A stretch of DNA of 64,000 bases from Octopus bimaculoides (Eukaryota). The DNA lies in the NCBI RefSeq assembly GCF_001194135.2, contig NC_068982.1:167414095-167478094 (forward strand). Direction: 5' to 3'. Numbering within the stretch: position 1 is the first letter of the stretch; each line of letters starts with the position of its first letter. The notes beneath the pieces are model-generated. The model worked only from the letters and a program-made list of their open reading frames with translations. It made no database searches and was not told the DNA's origin. Made by a program: the position numbers and the translations under genes. Shown piece after piece: positions 26,697-39,110 of this stretch.

Positions 26697-27314
26697 ATAT
26701 TTTCATGTCCAATTGGAGTAATTGATGTTTGCCATTAGACTTTAATCCACATGAGATGAAGTTTGACTAGTATTGGCTTAAAATATCAAATGTTATTCCT
26801 TTCCTATGTGTCTGTTTTACTTACAGAAAGCAAGTCCAGTGAGTGGTGATTGCAGTGGTAGAGGTGTTCGACACTAACAACAACAACGACTGTAATTTCT
26901 TAGGCTTTGTCAATGGTTATTTCAATGGATGATTGTAATCAATAGTATTTGTCTCTCTAGCTTGTTAATAAATTAGTTTAATTGGAATGTAGATGGAAAT
27001 TCAAATGAAAGTGATACAGAATTGAAACTATCACAGTATAAACTTCATTCAATTTATCCCGTGCCAATATACGGTAATGTCTATCAGGAAGAAACTCTCA
27101 GGAAAGATTATTCCAGTGAAACTTTGTCTCAAACTAGACGTTTTAAGTTCAGTGGGGTGTTGGAAGAATTATAATCCGAAGAAATTAGTGAGGGTTCTAC
27201 ATTGGTAGAAATATTGTTAAGAAAAAAAAAAAAATACTCATTAAATATGATATGTCTTCAGGTGAGGTGAGTTTCAATGTTTCAGATAAGGCAAAGATGT
27301 TTCATCTTGCCTGA

Positions 27315-27730
27315 AATGTTTGACCTCAGGACGTTGAACCTTTCATGCAAGACGACAAAGGACCGAGATACCTGGTGCCTTGCCATACTCAAGAAGACCT
27401 GTACTCTGCAGCAGAAGTGATCCTTCTGGTGATGTAAAGCACTTGTGGTGGCACCACGTAGAAGTGCCTGTGTGGTGCCACATAAAAGAGCCTATGTGGA
27501 AACATGTAGAGGTACCCATGCAGTGCTATGTAAAAGTGCCTGTGTGGTGACACATAAAAGCACCCAGCACACTCTGTAAAGTGGTTGGTGTTAGGAAGGG
27601 CATCCAGCTGTAGAAACCATGCCAAATCAGACTGGAGTCTGGTGCAATCCCCCCACCCCAGCTTACTAGCTATGGTTAAACTATCCACCAGCATGGACAA
27701 TGGATGTTAAATGATGATGATGATGATGAT
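27315..27730 (+). mobile_element. RTE LINE 3' end (ORF C-terminus plus shared tail)
   Basis: DLRTLNLSCKTTKDRDTWCLAILKKT followed by the family tail and (GAT)n. Confidence 0.7.
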
Positions 27731-29064
27731 GGTTACATGTTAAACAGCATTTGGTCTCATTCATTGATAAGTCTGAACAAATACATTTTTGGGAATTTAC
27801 TAAGGAGAGTGGGTCACAGAGAAGAAATTAAAGAATCTTTATATTTTGTTCATTTTCTTGTTTTGTTTTGTTAAGAAGAGGATGATGAAAGCAGCTGAGT
27901 GGTGATTAACAGGGAATATCCTATTACTGGTACAACATTGTGATGTGGTCAAGGCTTTCAACTCTCAGTAGCATAGTCCACTTAACTGTAAGTAGATCCC
28001 ACATGATAAGGATAACTCAGTAAGCATAGCTAGTGTTATTCCTAGCCAAATTTACCTGAGATTCACTATACGATAATGTAGTCATCAGTGGATGTTTCTA
28101 CTACCCTTTAAGGTCATAGATTCACCCATGAAAATGATGATGTAGGCCATTATTGATTACTTATGGCAGAGTTATTCAAATAAAGTTGTATTGTGGATTT
28201 ATGCAGAGGTGTCTTTTATAGTACCAACTGATTTATGTCCTTGTATTGAAAAAAATAAGAGAATAAAGAAGTGAACTTCCTAGATCTTTTGAAATAGTTG
28301 TTTGACAAAGGGAGAATTTAGAAAAGGTTAGTAAGATTACTAACCTTTGTTGGGCTTTTTAATTGACATGACATATAAATAAATATTGTGCTGTAGACAT
28401 GTATAACACATGTCAGCTTTGAAGAACAGTATATTGAAGAAAAAAGACCAAAAAAGGTTTGGAGTTTGTGTGACGGACTTTGAGGATAATTGTATGCTCT
28501 TGTGCAGTGGGTGCATGTGTGCGATTAGTTATGGGTATGTTGTATATAAATGAATAATGTGACTGTTTCTTTTGACCAGTACAAGGCTCTGTATATTCTA
28601 AGATGGGGTGTTGTGATGTAGAGTCCTTTTCCAAGAGAAAATATTTTAAGCTAAATGGCTTGCATTAAAGATTGAACTTGTAGTGTACTTAACAAGTGTG
28701 AGTGAGAGAGAGAGAGAGAAAAACAGAAAGATAGAAACCTAAGTTCATGCATCTTTTACCTATCCATAGGCAACTCGAAAGACTTTGTATATATTTTGCT
28801 GCAAGTTTTTCTCTTTACATTCTGCATCAGTTTCTTGGTATTTTTGTTTTTGATTGATTTATTTTTTTTGTTTTGTTTTAAAGTTGCCTGTCTCCTTTAT
28901 TTGTAAATCGTGTAACTTCTAAAAGACCCAACATCTGCTTGCTATCTTTGATATGAACAGACGGCAGTTATTGATATATTCTAGCTTACATTGGCTTTGT
29001 AAATATAGTTTAGTTTTATATACATGCATACACACATACTTTGACAACTTTGTGTTGCAGTTGC

Positions 29065-29099
<35 letters not shown>

Positions 29100-29306
29100 A
29101 ATGTTATTCAGTTACTGCTGCTACTATTGAGGTTAGAAGTCTCACATGTTGTTCTTCTCTATCATAATTTTGGGAAAAAAAATATATAGTAATCATCCTT
29201 ATTAACCTGAGCTACTTCCAATATTCTGACACCATTACTCACCATTTCAAGTTGAATGACACTTGATCATGCTTTTGCACATCACTTAGACTCTTCTAGA
29301 ATATCA

Positions 29307-29343
<37 letters not shown>

Positions 29344-29825
29344 GTCCATGTGTGCTTTGAAAGTATTTAGTGTGTTCATTTATAGGCTTTTGTATATTGG
29401 TTTTATTTTATTTTTTCTAATGAATATTGATTACAAATGTGATGTCATTTTGTGTTTTTACTCGTGACTGTCAATAGACATAAATATCACTGAATGATTT
29501 TTGTACATGGACTCTCTCCTGTTTTGTGTGTCAGTTCCACTTTTCACTTGCTTATTCATTTCTGTTCTCTCTCTCTCTGTATGCAGGTTCTGTGTAACTG
29601 TATACGTACATGCACCCATGTGCGTGTGTGTATATGTATATATGCTTATATGCCTATATATGTAAATATGTGTAATTTTAATTTTAGACTCTTGTTTACT
29701 CGTTACTTCAAAAAGTGTTTATTTCATTTCAACAATGATGATGATGATGAACTTTAATCAATGTACATAAATACCTCAGGTTTATGTAGAGTACTATTTT
29801 TGAAGTGCACACGTGCGCATGCACG

Positions 29826-29869
<44 letters not shown>

Positions 29870-30832
29870 CTCTTATATGGAATTGTTGCTTTTCACTAGG
29901 TTGTGATATGCTTATGTTCCTCTCAGCTGAATGTTTATGGACTATTTGCTACACGTGTTTTAAAAAAAAAAATGAGAGAAAAAATAAAAAGATAAAAAGC
30001 AAAAAAAAAAACAAAAGACAAAAAAACAACAAAAAAACCCTCAAATTTGTTAAAGGGAAAGGAGATAGGATTTTGCGACATTGAAATAATTTTCAGTGGA
30101 TCTTTATTAATGTAAGTTGCTATTAAGGAATAACATGAAGACCAATAATAATAATAATAATGGCACAAGGCCAACAATTTTGAGAGGAGAGGTTAAGTTG
30201 ATGACATCAACCCAGTACTAGGCTGGTAGTTTATTTTAATGACCCTAGAAGGATGATAGGTGAAGTTGACCTTGGGATTTGAACTCAGAATGTAAAAAGC
30301 CAAAGGAATAACCACAACATTTCTTCAAATATTGTAATGATTCTGTTAGCTCACTACTGTAGTAGTAGAAGTAGTAATAGTAGTAGTAGTAGTAGTAGTT
30401 ATTATTATTACTATGGTTTTATTTGCTGCTAAGGATGACGGGTATGATACAAAGACAGTCATAAAATGTTATGGGTACATAAAATCAAATGAGTAAAACA
30501 TAAATAATAAAACAAACAAAACAATTACTTCTGACGTCATTTTGTAAACAGACACAAAGAAATCGAAGGAGATTTCATATTGCATGTGTTGCTGCAAATG
30601 TATCGGAATGCATGTATATGTACGTAGTCTTCTGTATGACAGAGGGCACACTTACTCAACCTCATGCACGCACATTTGCTCTCTCTACTCTCTCTGTCTC
30701 TCNNNNNNNNNNTCTCTCTCTCTCTCTCTCTCTCAGTGCAGCTATACATATTCTAATATATACTTTTTTTTTTACAGATGAGGTCACATACAATGCCTTG
30801 TTTCTATCTTGCCTCTTTCAGCACTTTCTTTC

Positions 30833-30887
<55 letters not shown>

Positions 30888-30959
30888 NNNNNNNNNNTCT
30901 CCTTTCACCAACACAAGCTGTCTTGCTCAGCTATTTGTTTCCTTCTTTCATTCACCACC

Positions 30960-31012
<53 letters not shown>

Positions 31013-31489
31013 GAAGACATGGGAGGGACACACAAATGTCGGCAGCTCATGATTTTGAGTTCAGTTCATGTTGTAAGTTGGTTTTGTTTGATGTCTTCAT
31101 TTCTGATTTTCCCACTAATTGACTATGTACTAATTGCCATACATACTGATTTCAACCTGGGAACTAAGGAAATTTATTGCTCCACCTCATTTTTACAAAA
31201 TACCACCTTGCAACTCATTGGGTCATAAACCAATGTGAGAATCTCTACAAAATCACTTGGCTTGGGCTCAGTGCTGCAATTAGATACAATCCATATAGAC
31301 TATGACAAGATCTTTAGTTTAAACAAACATCTTGATTGCATCTGAAAGAAGGCCATGCTGCTGATTGGCAATGACTCACTGACCAGCACACTGCAACCTC
31401 TGGCACATTAATACTATTTCAGATTGCTACAACACTGACCTGTGCTCCTCTGAACTAACTGTTGGCTGCTGATGCTGAATTGGGTACAA

Positions 31490-31646
31490 GGCCAGTTGTT
31501 TTGAGGAGAAGGATTTAGATAATACCATTGACCCCAAAAAGGGGTCGACATCAGTAAGATTCAAACTCGGATTGTTAAGAGTCACAACCATTATACCGCA
31601 AGGTATTTACTCCAATGCTCAAATGATTTTGTCAACTTGCTGCAAT

Positions 31647-31694
<48 letters not shown>

Positions 31695-31814
31695 TTTCAA
31701 ACTTTGACACAAGGCCAACAATTTTGGGGTGGGGATAAGTCAATTACATTGACCCCAGTGCTCAGCTAATACTTATTTTATCTACCCTGAAAGAATGAAA
31801 GGCAAAGTTGATCG

Positions 31815-31863
<49 letters not shown>

Positions 31864-32160
31864 TAATAATACTTTCTTACTTTGGAACAAGGCCAGCAAT
31901 TTTGAGTGGTGGGGAAATTGATTACATCTACCTGAGTGCTCAACTGTACTTATTTTTGTCGACCCTGAAAGGATGAAAGGCAAAATTGACTTTGGTGAAA
32001 TTTGAACTCAGAACACAAAGCTGGAAGAAATGCACAAGACTAGAAATTTGACTGGAGGCAAGGAGGAGTTAGTTGGTCATACCAACTCTAGTACCTGACT
32101 CTTACTTTATTTTAGTAATCCTAGAAGAATGAAAGGCAAAGTTAAACCTGAGCATTTTGT
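31490..32160 (-). mobile_element. Cluster of SINE family A copies separated by (AAT)n
   Basis: At least three or four partial copies of the core in the same orientation. Confidence 0.65.
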
Positions 32161-32822
32161 TCAGAAGTCTTGTGATTTTTCCATAGAGAGATATAAATAG
32201 TAATAACGAAGACAGCAAAAGTGATGATGATGATGATTGTTGTTGTCATCATCATCATCATCATCATCAAGCTAGATGTCTCTATTAAAGCTTATGAAAA
32301 AAATATTTAATAACTATGATTTTCATTTCCATAAATAGGAAAAATTTTTTTTCTCCTAAAAACATTTTTTGCTTTGCTGCTAAAGAAGGATTCTTTTTCT
32401 GTTTGTTCTTCTAGTTCAGTTCTCAGCATGATATACCTCTGTTAATTCATTAGTTTTATTCATATGGCAGTATCTTCTCTCTTGAACTAGATTTGTCTGT
32501 CTTTTTTTTTTCTTTTGTCTTGTTCTGTTGTGGATCCTGAACAACAATTGATTTGTCTGTCTCAATTGTTTTCAAGTTGAAATTTATAAGAAAGGATAGA
32601 GTACCTTTTGTTAGAATTTTAATGAAAATTTTTACAGAATTGTCCAGAAATCTGAAGTTATTGCAGTTACCAAGGTAACTGTTTATTAATCCTACTGTAG
32701 TGTTTAACGCAATTTTTTATTATTATTTTCTTTTAAAAAAAAAACTTTTACAAAAATTCTTCTTGTAGTCTTCATCTTCTGTCCATTGTATTATAATTCT
32801 TGGTTAAGAATAAGAACAAGAG

Positions 32823-32861
<39 letters not shown>

Positions 32862-33855
32862 CTCTCTTTCTCTCTCTCTTGTTCTTGGTTTCTATGTTTG
32901 ATTAGATATCAGCTATTGTTGTTTTCATGCTTTATCTCCTTCAACTCCACTCCAAGAACTGTTTTTAATTTTGGAATAGATGTCTGTCCTAGTCTATTGG
33001 AAACTTTGTTTTTACCTCTTTGTTTTTTTTTTCTTTGGTTTTTATATTTAGCAAATTTCAGTAAAATTTGTTGTTTTCTTTTACCATGGTAGCTATTCAG
33101 CTGTTTTAGAAATCAAACTAAAGCCAAGTGGAATTGTGCAGTTCTCAGTTCTTATTCTTGTCTTCTGTTGACCACTAATTGTAATTTAACCAGAAATGTT
33201 TAAATATTTGGGAGCTTTTTCTATGTTAAGCAGTACTTCATCATATTTTCTAAAGCTGCCTGCCTAGTTGTATTTCAGTGTTTCTGAATATGTTGCTATT
33301 TGTTTTTACTATGATAATTTTTATTTCTACCTCACTCTCTTTGCTTTATCTGTCTCTTTCTCTTGTTCTCTATCTCTCTTTCCTTCTCATTACCATGTCA
33401 ATTTCCTATATAGTTATCTGTTTCTCAAAGTGACATTTATTTCAATAGATTTTTATCTTTTTCTTTCTAATTTCACCATATCTCTTATATCTCTTCTTAA
33501 TAAATGATGCTGATGGTTATACAAATAAATAAATAAAATATAATTCTCTGCTGGAGGTAAATAGAGTTAATTGAGCACTATGAGGGAAGGGCACATTGGG
33601 AATATGAAGTAATGTTTTCTCCATTTCATTACAAGAGTGTGAAATTCTCCTATTACAAACAACAATATGGGCTGTGATTACAACAAATTTAATAATAAGC
33701 ACTTTATTACTTCCAACTGCTTGCTGCAAGAACATAATATCTTCAGTTGTAAAGGACATTGGCATTGGTCCTCTTGAACCATTGACCTGCTTGATTATAG
33801 TCTCTCTAGCCCCCCNNNNNNNNNNNNNNNNNNNNNNNNNNNNNNNNNNNNNNNN

Positions 33856-33896
<41 letters not shown>

Positions 33897-33969
33897 TCTC
33901 CCTCTCTCTCTCTCCCCCCTCTCTCTGTATGACATACATGCTCATATTCCTCCACACATTCTTTTCTAC

Positions 33970-34180
33970 TCTAGGCACAAGGGCCCAAAAAGTTTTGGAG
34001 AGGGGTCCAGTTGATTAGATTGACTCCAGTATGCAACTGGTACTTAATTTAGTGACCCCGAAAGGATAAAGGCAAAGTCGACCTTGGTGGGATTTGAACT
34101 CAGAATGTAAAGACAGACGAAATGCTGCCAAGCATTGTGCCTTGTGTGCTAACGTTTCTGCCAAGGCACTCATGTATCCA
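33970..34180 (-). mobile_element. SINE family A copy
   Basis: ACTGGTACTTAATTTAGTGACCCCGAAAGGATAAAGGCAAAGTCGACC..GGATTTGAACTCAG is the reverse complement of the family core. Confidence 0.75.
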
Positions 34181-34199
34181 TACATACACACGTCTGCAT

Positions 34200-34660
34200 G
34201 TACAGACACATTCTCTCAAATACTCATACATGTACAGTTGAACTATGTTGCACACTCTCATACTACTACCTAAGCCTTGACACTCAATTAGTGATATTGT
34301 TCATGGGCACTCATGTACTTCACTGACACTCATTCACTGTTACTTACTCGCACTAGCTAACAGTCACCTATTCACAAGCACTCATTCACTGACTTTAGCT
34401 TATTTAGGCACAACCCTTACTCAGGCTCTCACTTGATCATAGACATTCACCTGCTCACATTTATGTACTCACTCAGCCTCAAACACAAATGCATGCACTC
34501 AGCGATACTCATTTACTGACACTAACATACACTCGCATAGTGACTCTCACAGACAGACTCAGTCACTCAGGGACATTCACTGACGCTTACTTACAAAAGC
34601 ACTTAGCTGCTCACTCAGTCACTGATGGATACCTACTTGCTCACATGCACATACATGAAG
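34200..34660. repeat. Degenerate CACTCA/CACTGA/CATTCA-rich low-complexity array
   Basis: About 450 bp dominated by variants of (C/T)ACT(C/G)A, with no exact period. Confidence 0.7.
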
Positions 34661-35539
34661 CTATGTGATTATACAGTCTTAAATAAATACATACAGATAC
34701 ATTTAAATACAAAATCATTTGTACTGTGACACATACACATATACAATATCAGCTTGTGTAGGTGTATGTGTTGTGGTACATCATGTAAACTTCAAGTGGA
34801 GCCTTTTAATTGCCTCTATTTCCTTTTCCTTAGTAATTATTATTACTATATATATATATTTTACATGTTAATATCGCCCATTAGCCTAGCTCTGCTGTGG
34901 TCATTTTGCTTTGGTCAACAGAGTTATGTGCTTCTGTCAGTGTTTCTGTCTACTGCCTTCAAACCACAATGAATGTTTACTTCCGAAAGTGTACTGGCAA
35001 TGTGGGCTGGTAGAAATTAGGTAGGAGAATCAGGATGCTTCTAGCATCAATATTTATTATGATTATTATTGTAGGAACTATGTATAACTGTTTTTATTTG
35101 CTTTTCATCATCATCATTGTTGTCCCTATCATCATCACCATTGTCTTAGAAAGGTGGTAGAGTGGTAGGGGTTACTGTTTCAGGTGAGATGTTGCCTTAC
35201 AATATTTTTTTTGTTTTGTTTTCTGAACTCAAACCATATCAGGATTGATAAGAATGATGTTGATTTATAGATTCATTTACTGTTATTGCTCTCACCTGCA
35301 AATGTGTAGCCATGTGCAAATGTATCAAACTATTATTAATAGATGGTGGAATTGGTTGATGAAGGACAAAATTTCCTTGTGGTATTAAGTTAACATCTCT
35401 TTATGTCCTGAGTTCAAATTCCACTGGGATTACTTTTACCTCTGATCCTTTGAAAGTCAATTGAATTGGCTATACCCTTTCCCCATGATTTATGACTGTG
35501 GCTATGTTAAAAATCACCACCACCACCACCACCACCACC

Positions 35540-35575
<36 letters not shown>

Positions 35576-35917
35576 TGTAGTAGAATACTACTATTAATAC
35601 TATTACTATTAAAATCTGCTCTCAGGTAAATTTTATGAAAGGTGGGTGACTATGCTAAATTTGTTAACAAACGATGTGACCCTTTAGTTTCACCTAGTGG
35701 CTGCTGCAGGTGGAGGGCAACTGGCATGATAATGATCCTTCATCGTCCTTGAGATATTATCTTTTATTCTTCAAGTATTCATACTATTACATACTATTTT
35801 TATGTATTATATTTATTACACCTTATGTATTGTCACTGTTTATATGTCGGTAATGTTATTTCTTAAATTTTTTTTACTCTTGCTGCTAATAAAAATAATT
35901 GCTGCTTAACATTGCAT

Positions 35918-35951
<34 letters not shown>

Positions 35952-36661
35952 TTTAGGTACGAAGCAAGAAATTTTGTGGGGAGGCAATAGTCAATTAAAT
36001 CTACCCTAGTACTTCTGGAGAATTAGTGAAGTTATGTGGTCTTGTGGTTAAGGTGTTGGACTCATGATCGTAAGGTTGCGGTTTCAGTTCATGGACTGGG
36101 TGACACATTGTGTTCAGGTATATTATATAACTGGTGTATTTTCTATCATCTTAAGTAGAAGTTTAAACTTGGAAATTAGGTGTCTATATTGTGGAATTTG
36201 CACAAAGTTATTCAGAACTCTACAAATGTTGTAATAACAGTGTAAATAGTATTTGTTACTCAATAACAATTTATATATGTTTGTTCATTTGTTTTATGTC
36301 TGTTTTTCCATGCTTGCATGCGTTGGGTGAGTGTTATATGAGGTATTGCTTTACCACCAGACACGCTTCCTGCTGCCAACCATCACTTGTTTTTCAAAAC
36401 TTGTTTTTCACGTAGCTTTGATGGTATGAAGTGACCGAACAATTTTTTAACAGACGAATTGACTCCTGCTGTTGTTGTAACTTTAGTACAAGTGATTGCA
36501 GATGTAAATAATGCCACACATGATGGCCTTTTAGTTTATGCCTACTAGATTCACTCACAAGGCTTTGCTCAGCTATAGAAGACACTTGCCCCAAGGTGCT
36601 ACACAGTAAAATTGAACCTGAAGCTAATTTCTCAACAATGTAGCCATGCCTGCATCTTGCG

Positions 36662-36695
<34 letters not shown>

Positions 36696-37185
36696 GAGTT
36701 TCTATTTTACATTGCTTAAATTATCAAAATGATCATGATGAAGTTAACTTCATCTCTACCATTATTATATCTATTCCTGTCATCATCATCATCATCACCA
36801 CCTGTGTTGTCATAGTTTCTGCCTTTTTAATTTCTTTTGTAGCTGATGATGGTGACATTAATATTTGTAGTATCAGTCAGATGATGATAGTAGTCATGGT
36901 ATTGGTCGTCAGTTGATGATGACTGTTATGTGGGTGGTGGAAGTGTTGATGAAGAGGGACTTTACACGAGCTATTTTGTAATTGTGTGAGAATCAAAGTA
37001 ATTCATATTTCTTGTGTGTGTGTGTGAATGAATGAATGAATGAATGAATGAATTATTATTGTAATGCAATTTATTGTTGGTTAACCTGCTGTTCAGTAGC
37101 ATTATAAATAATTGATCCTTTCATTTTTAAACAAAGTGAAACTTGATAATGCTAAGTGTATTTATATGAAAGAGAATAGAGATGC

Positions 37186-37316
37186 TTGAGCCATGTTGAG
37201 ACTTGAGCCATGTTGAGACTTGAGCCATGCTGAGACTTGAGCCATGCTGAGACTTGAGCCATGCTGAGACTTGAGCCATGTTGAGACTTGAGCCATGTTG
37301 AGACTTGAGACATGTT
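37186..37316. repeat. 17-bp minisatellite TTGAGCCATG(T/C)TGAGAC x about 7.7
   Basis: Units start at 37186, 37203, 37220, 37237, 37254, 37271, 37288 and 37305 (partial). Confidence 0.95.
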
Positions 37317-37949
37317 CCTTCTTTGAAATGTTTGAGTTGAATTGTTGTTTATAAAATTATCATTAGTTCTCCTAGTGCAGATGGAAATATTAAAAAAAAA
37401 ATCTTTAATCTCTGAAGACAAGATTAATAATCTGAAAAATTATCATCCACATTTACCTGTTGATGCTTTTGAGTAATGACTACAATACAAAGTATCTGTG
37501 ATGGAATGTATCTTGCACATTAAATATACTGGTGCACATCAAAATTTGATATCACTTTGAATCCTAGCACAAATGTATTTTGTGTCATGCTTGTGTGTTT
37601 TGATTTGGTAGTGACTTGATAAGGTCACAAAAAACCAGGAGTGGTGACTGTGATCATCAACATTGCTCAGATCATTTCAAAGGGAAATATTTGTAGTTTA
37701 TTTTATGATCTATAAGTGTGACTATGAAATTAATTGTTGGTCTGTCTGGGATTGAACTGAAAGTATATATTTGAAAAAAAAAAAAAAAAAAGAAAAAAAA
37801 AAGACTCAAACTGTTTTTTGAATTCTAATTGAAGTGAAATCAAAACAGTCCAGCATTAAATGAAATGTACATTTACAAGGATATAAATGTAATGTTTGCT
37901 GATATATATGTGTGTGTGTGTGTGTGTATACATGTCTGTATATGTGTGT

Positions 37950-38400
37950 GTCATCATCATCGTTGTTTAACGTCTGCTTTCCATGCTGGATGGTTTTACT
38001 GAGGACTGGTGAGCCAGAAGGCTGCACCAGGCTCAATCTGATCTGGCAAAATTTCTGCAGTTGGATGCCCTTCCTAATGCCAACAACTCTGAGAGTATAG
38101 TGGATGCTTTTATACACTACCAGCATGAGGGCCAGTCAGGCGGTTCTGGCAACGACTATGCTCAAAAGGTGTTTTTTATGTGCTACCTGCCCGGGATCCA
38201 GTCCAGCAGCACTGGCAATGCCCGAATGTTGTTTTTCATGTGGCACCGGTACATGTGCCGGTAAGGTGACACTGGCAACGAATTGTGCTTTTTATGTGCC
38301 ACCGGCACGGGAGCCAATCTGTGGCCCTGGCAACGATCACGCTTGGATGTGCTTTTAATGTTCCACTGGCACAAGTGCCAATCAGGTGGTACTGTCATTG
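37950..38400 (-). mobile_element. RTE-tail retroposon copy with internal GTGCCAC-type repeats
   Basis: (CAT)n-GTTTAACGTCTGCTTTCCATGC...GGATGCCCTTCCTAATGCCAAC, then repeated TTTTTATGTG(C/T)CAC/ACTGGCAACG units. Confidence 0.7.
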
Positions 38401-38667
38401 GCCACTGTCGTGTATGCACACTGACATTACACATCCAGTGGAGCATACTGGCTTCATTCCTTGCAAGCAGATTTTTACATCTAAGTGAAAACTCTACTGT
38501 CTATCATTTATTTCTCTCCTTTTAACTTTCCTTGAAGAAAGGCATTATCCAAAATGTTGGATTTCCCACTCATCACAGCAAGTTCAGTGTACTATTTTTA
38601 CCAAATTTATGGTATAATGTCTTGCTGATGCAGACCAGCACTAGCCTCTTTCAAGTCTGTTGATTAT

Positions 38668-38739
<72 letters not shown>

Positions 38740-38740
<1 letters not shown>

Positions 38741-39110
38741 GTTTCAGTCATTTGGCTGTGGCCATGCTGGGGCACTGCCTAGAAGGGGTTTAGTCAAACA
38801 AATTGAACCTGGGACTTGTTTTTTAAAGCCTAGTATTTATTTTATTGCGCTCTTTTACTGAACTGCTAATTTACAGGTATGTAAATGCCCCAGCTCAAGT
38901 TGTCAAGCAGTGGTAGGGGACAAACACAAGGACACACACGTATATACAACAGGCTTCTTTCAGTTTCTGTCTACCAAATCCACTCACAAGGTCTTGATTG
39001 ACCCAAGGTTATAGTAGCAAACCCTATCCCAAGGTGCCACGCAGTGGGACTGAATCCAGAACCATGTGGTTGGTAAGAAAGCGTCTTCCCACACAGCTAT
39101 GCTTGCACCT
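38740..39110 (-). mobile_element. SINE family B, long copy
   Basis: TTTCTGTCTACCAAATCCACTCACAAGG...CCCAAGGTGCCACGCAGTGGGACTGAATCCAGAACCATGTGG. Confidence 0.7.

Noticed and set aside
32638-32674. 37-nt AG..GT microexon candidate (IVQKSEVIAVTK)
   Set aside because: The pyrimidine tract is weak, and a phase 0 end cannot join exon A, which needs phase 2.
37186-37316. CRISPR-like array
   Set aside because: Units are contiguous with no spacers, the DNA is eukaryotic and there are no cas genes.
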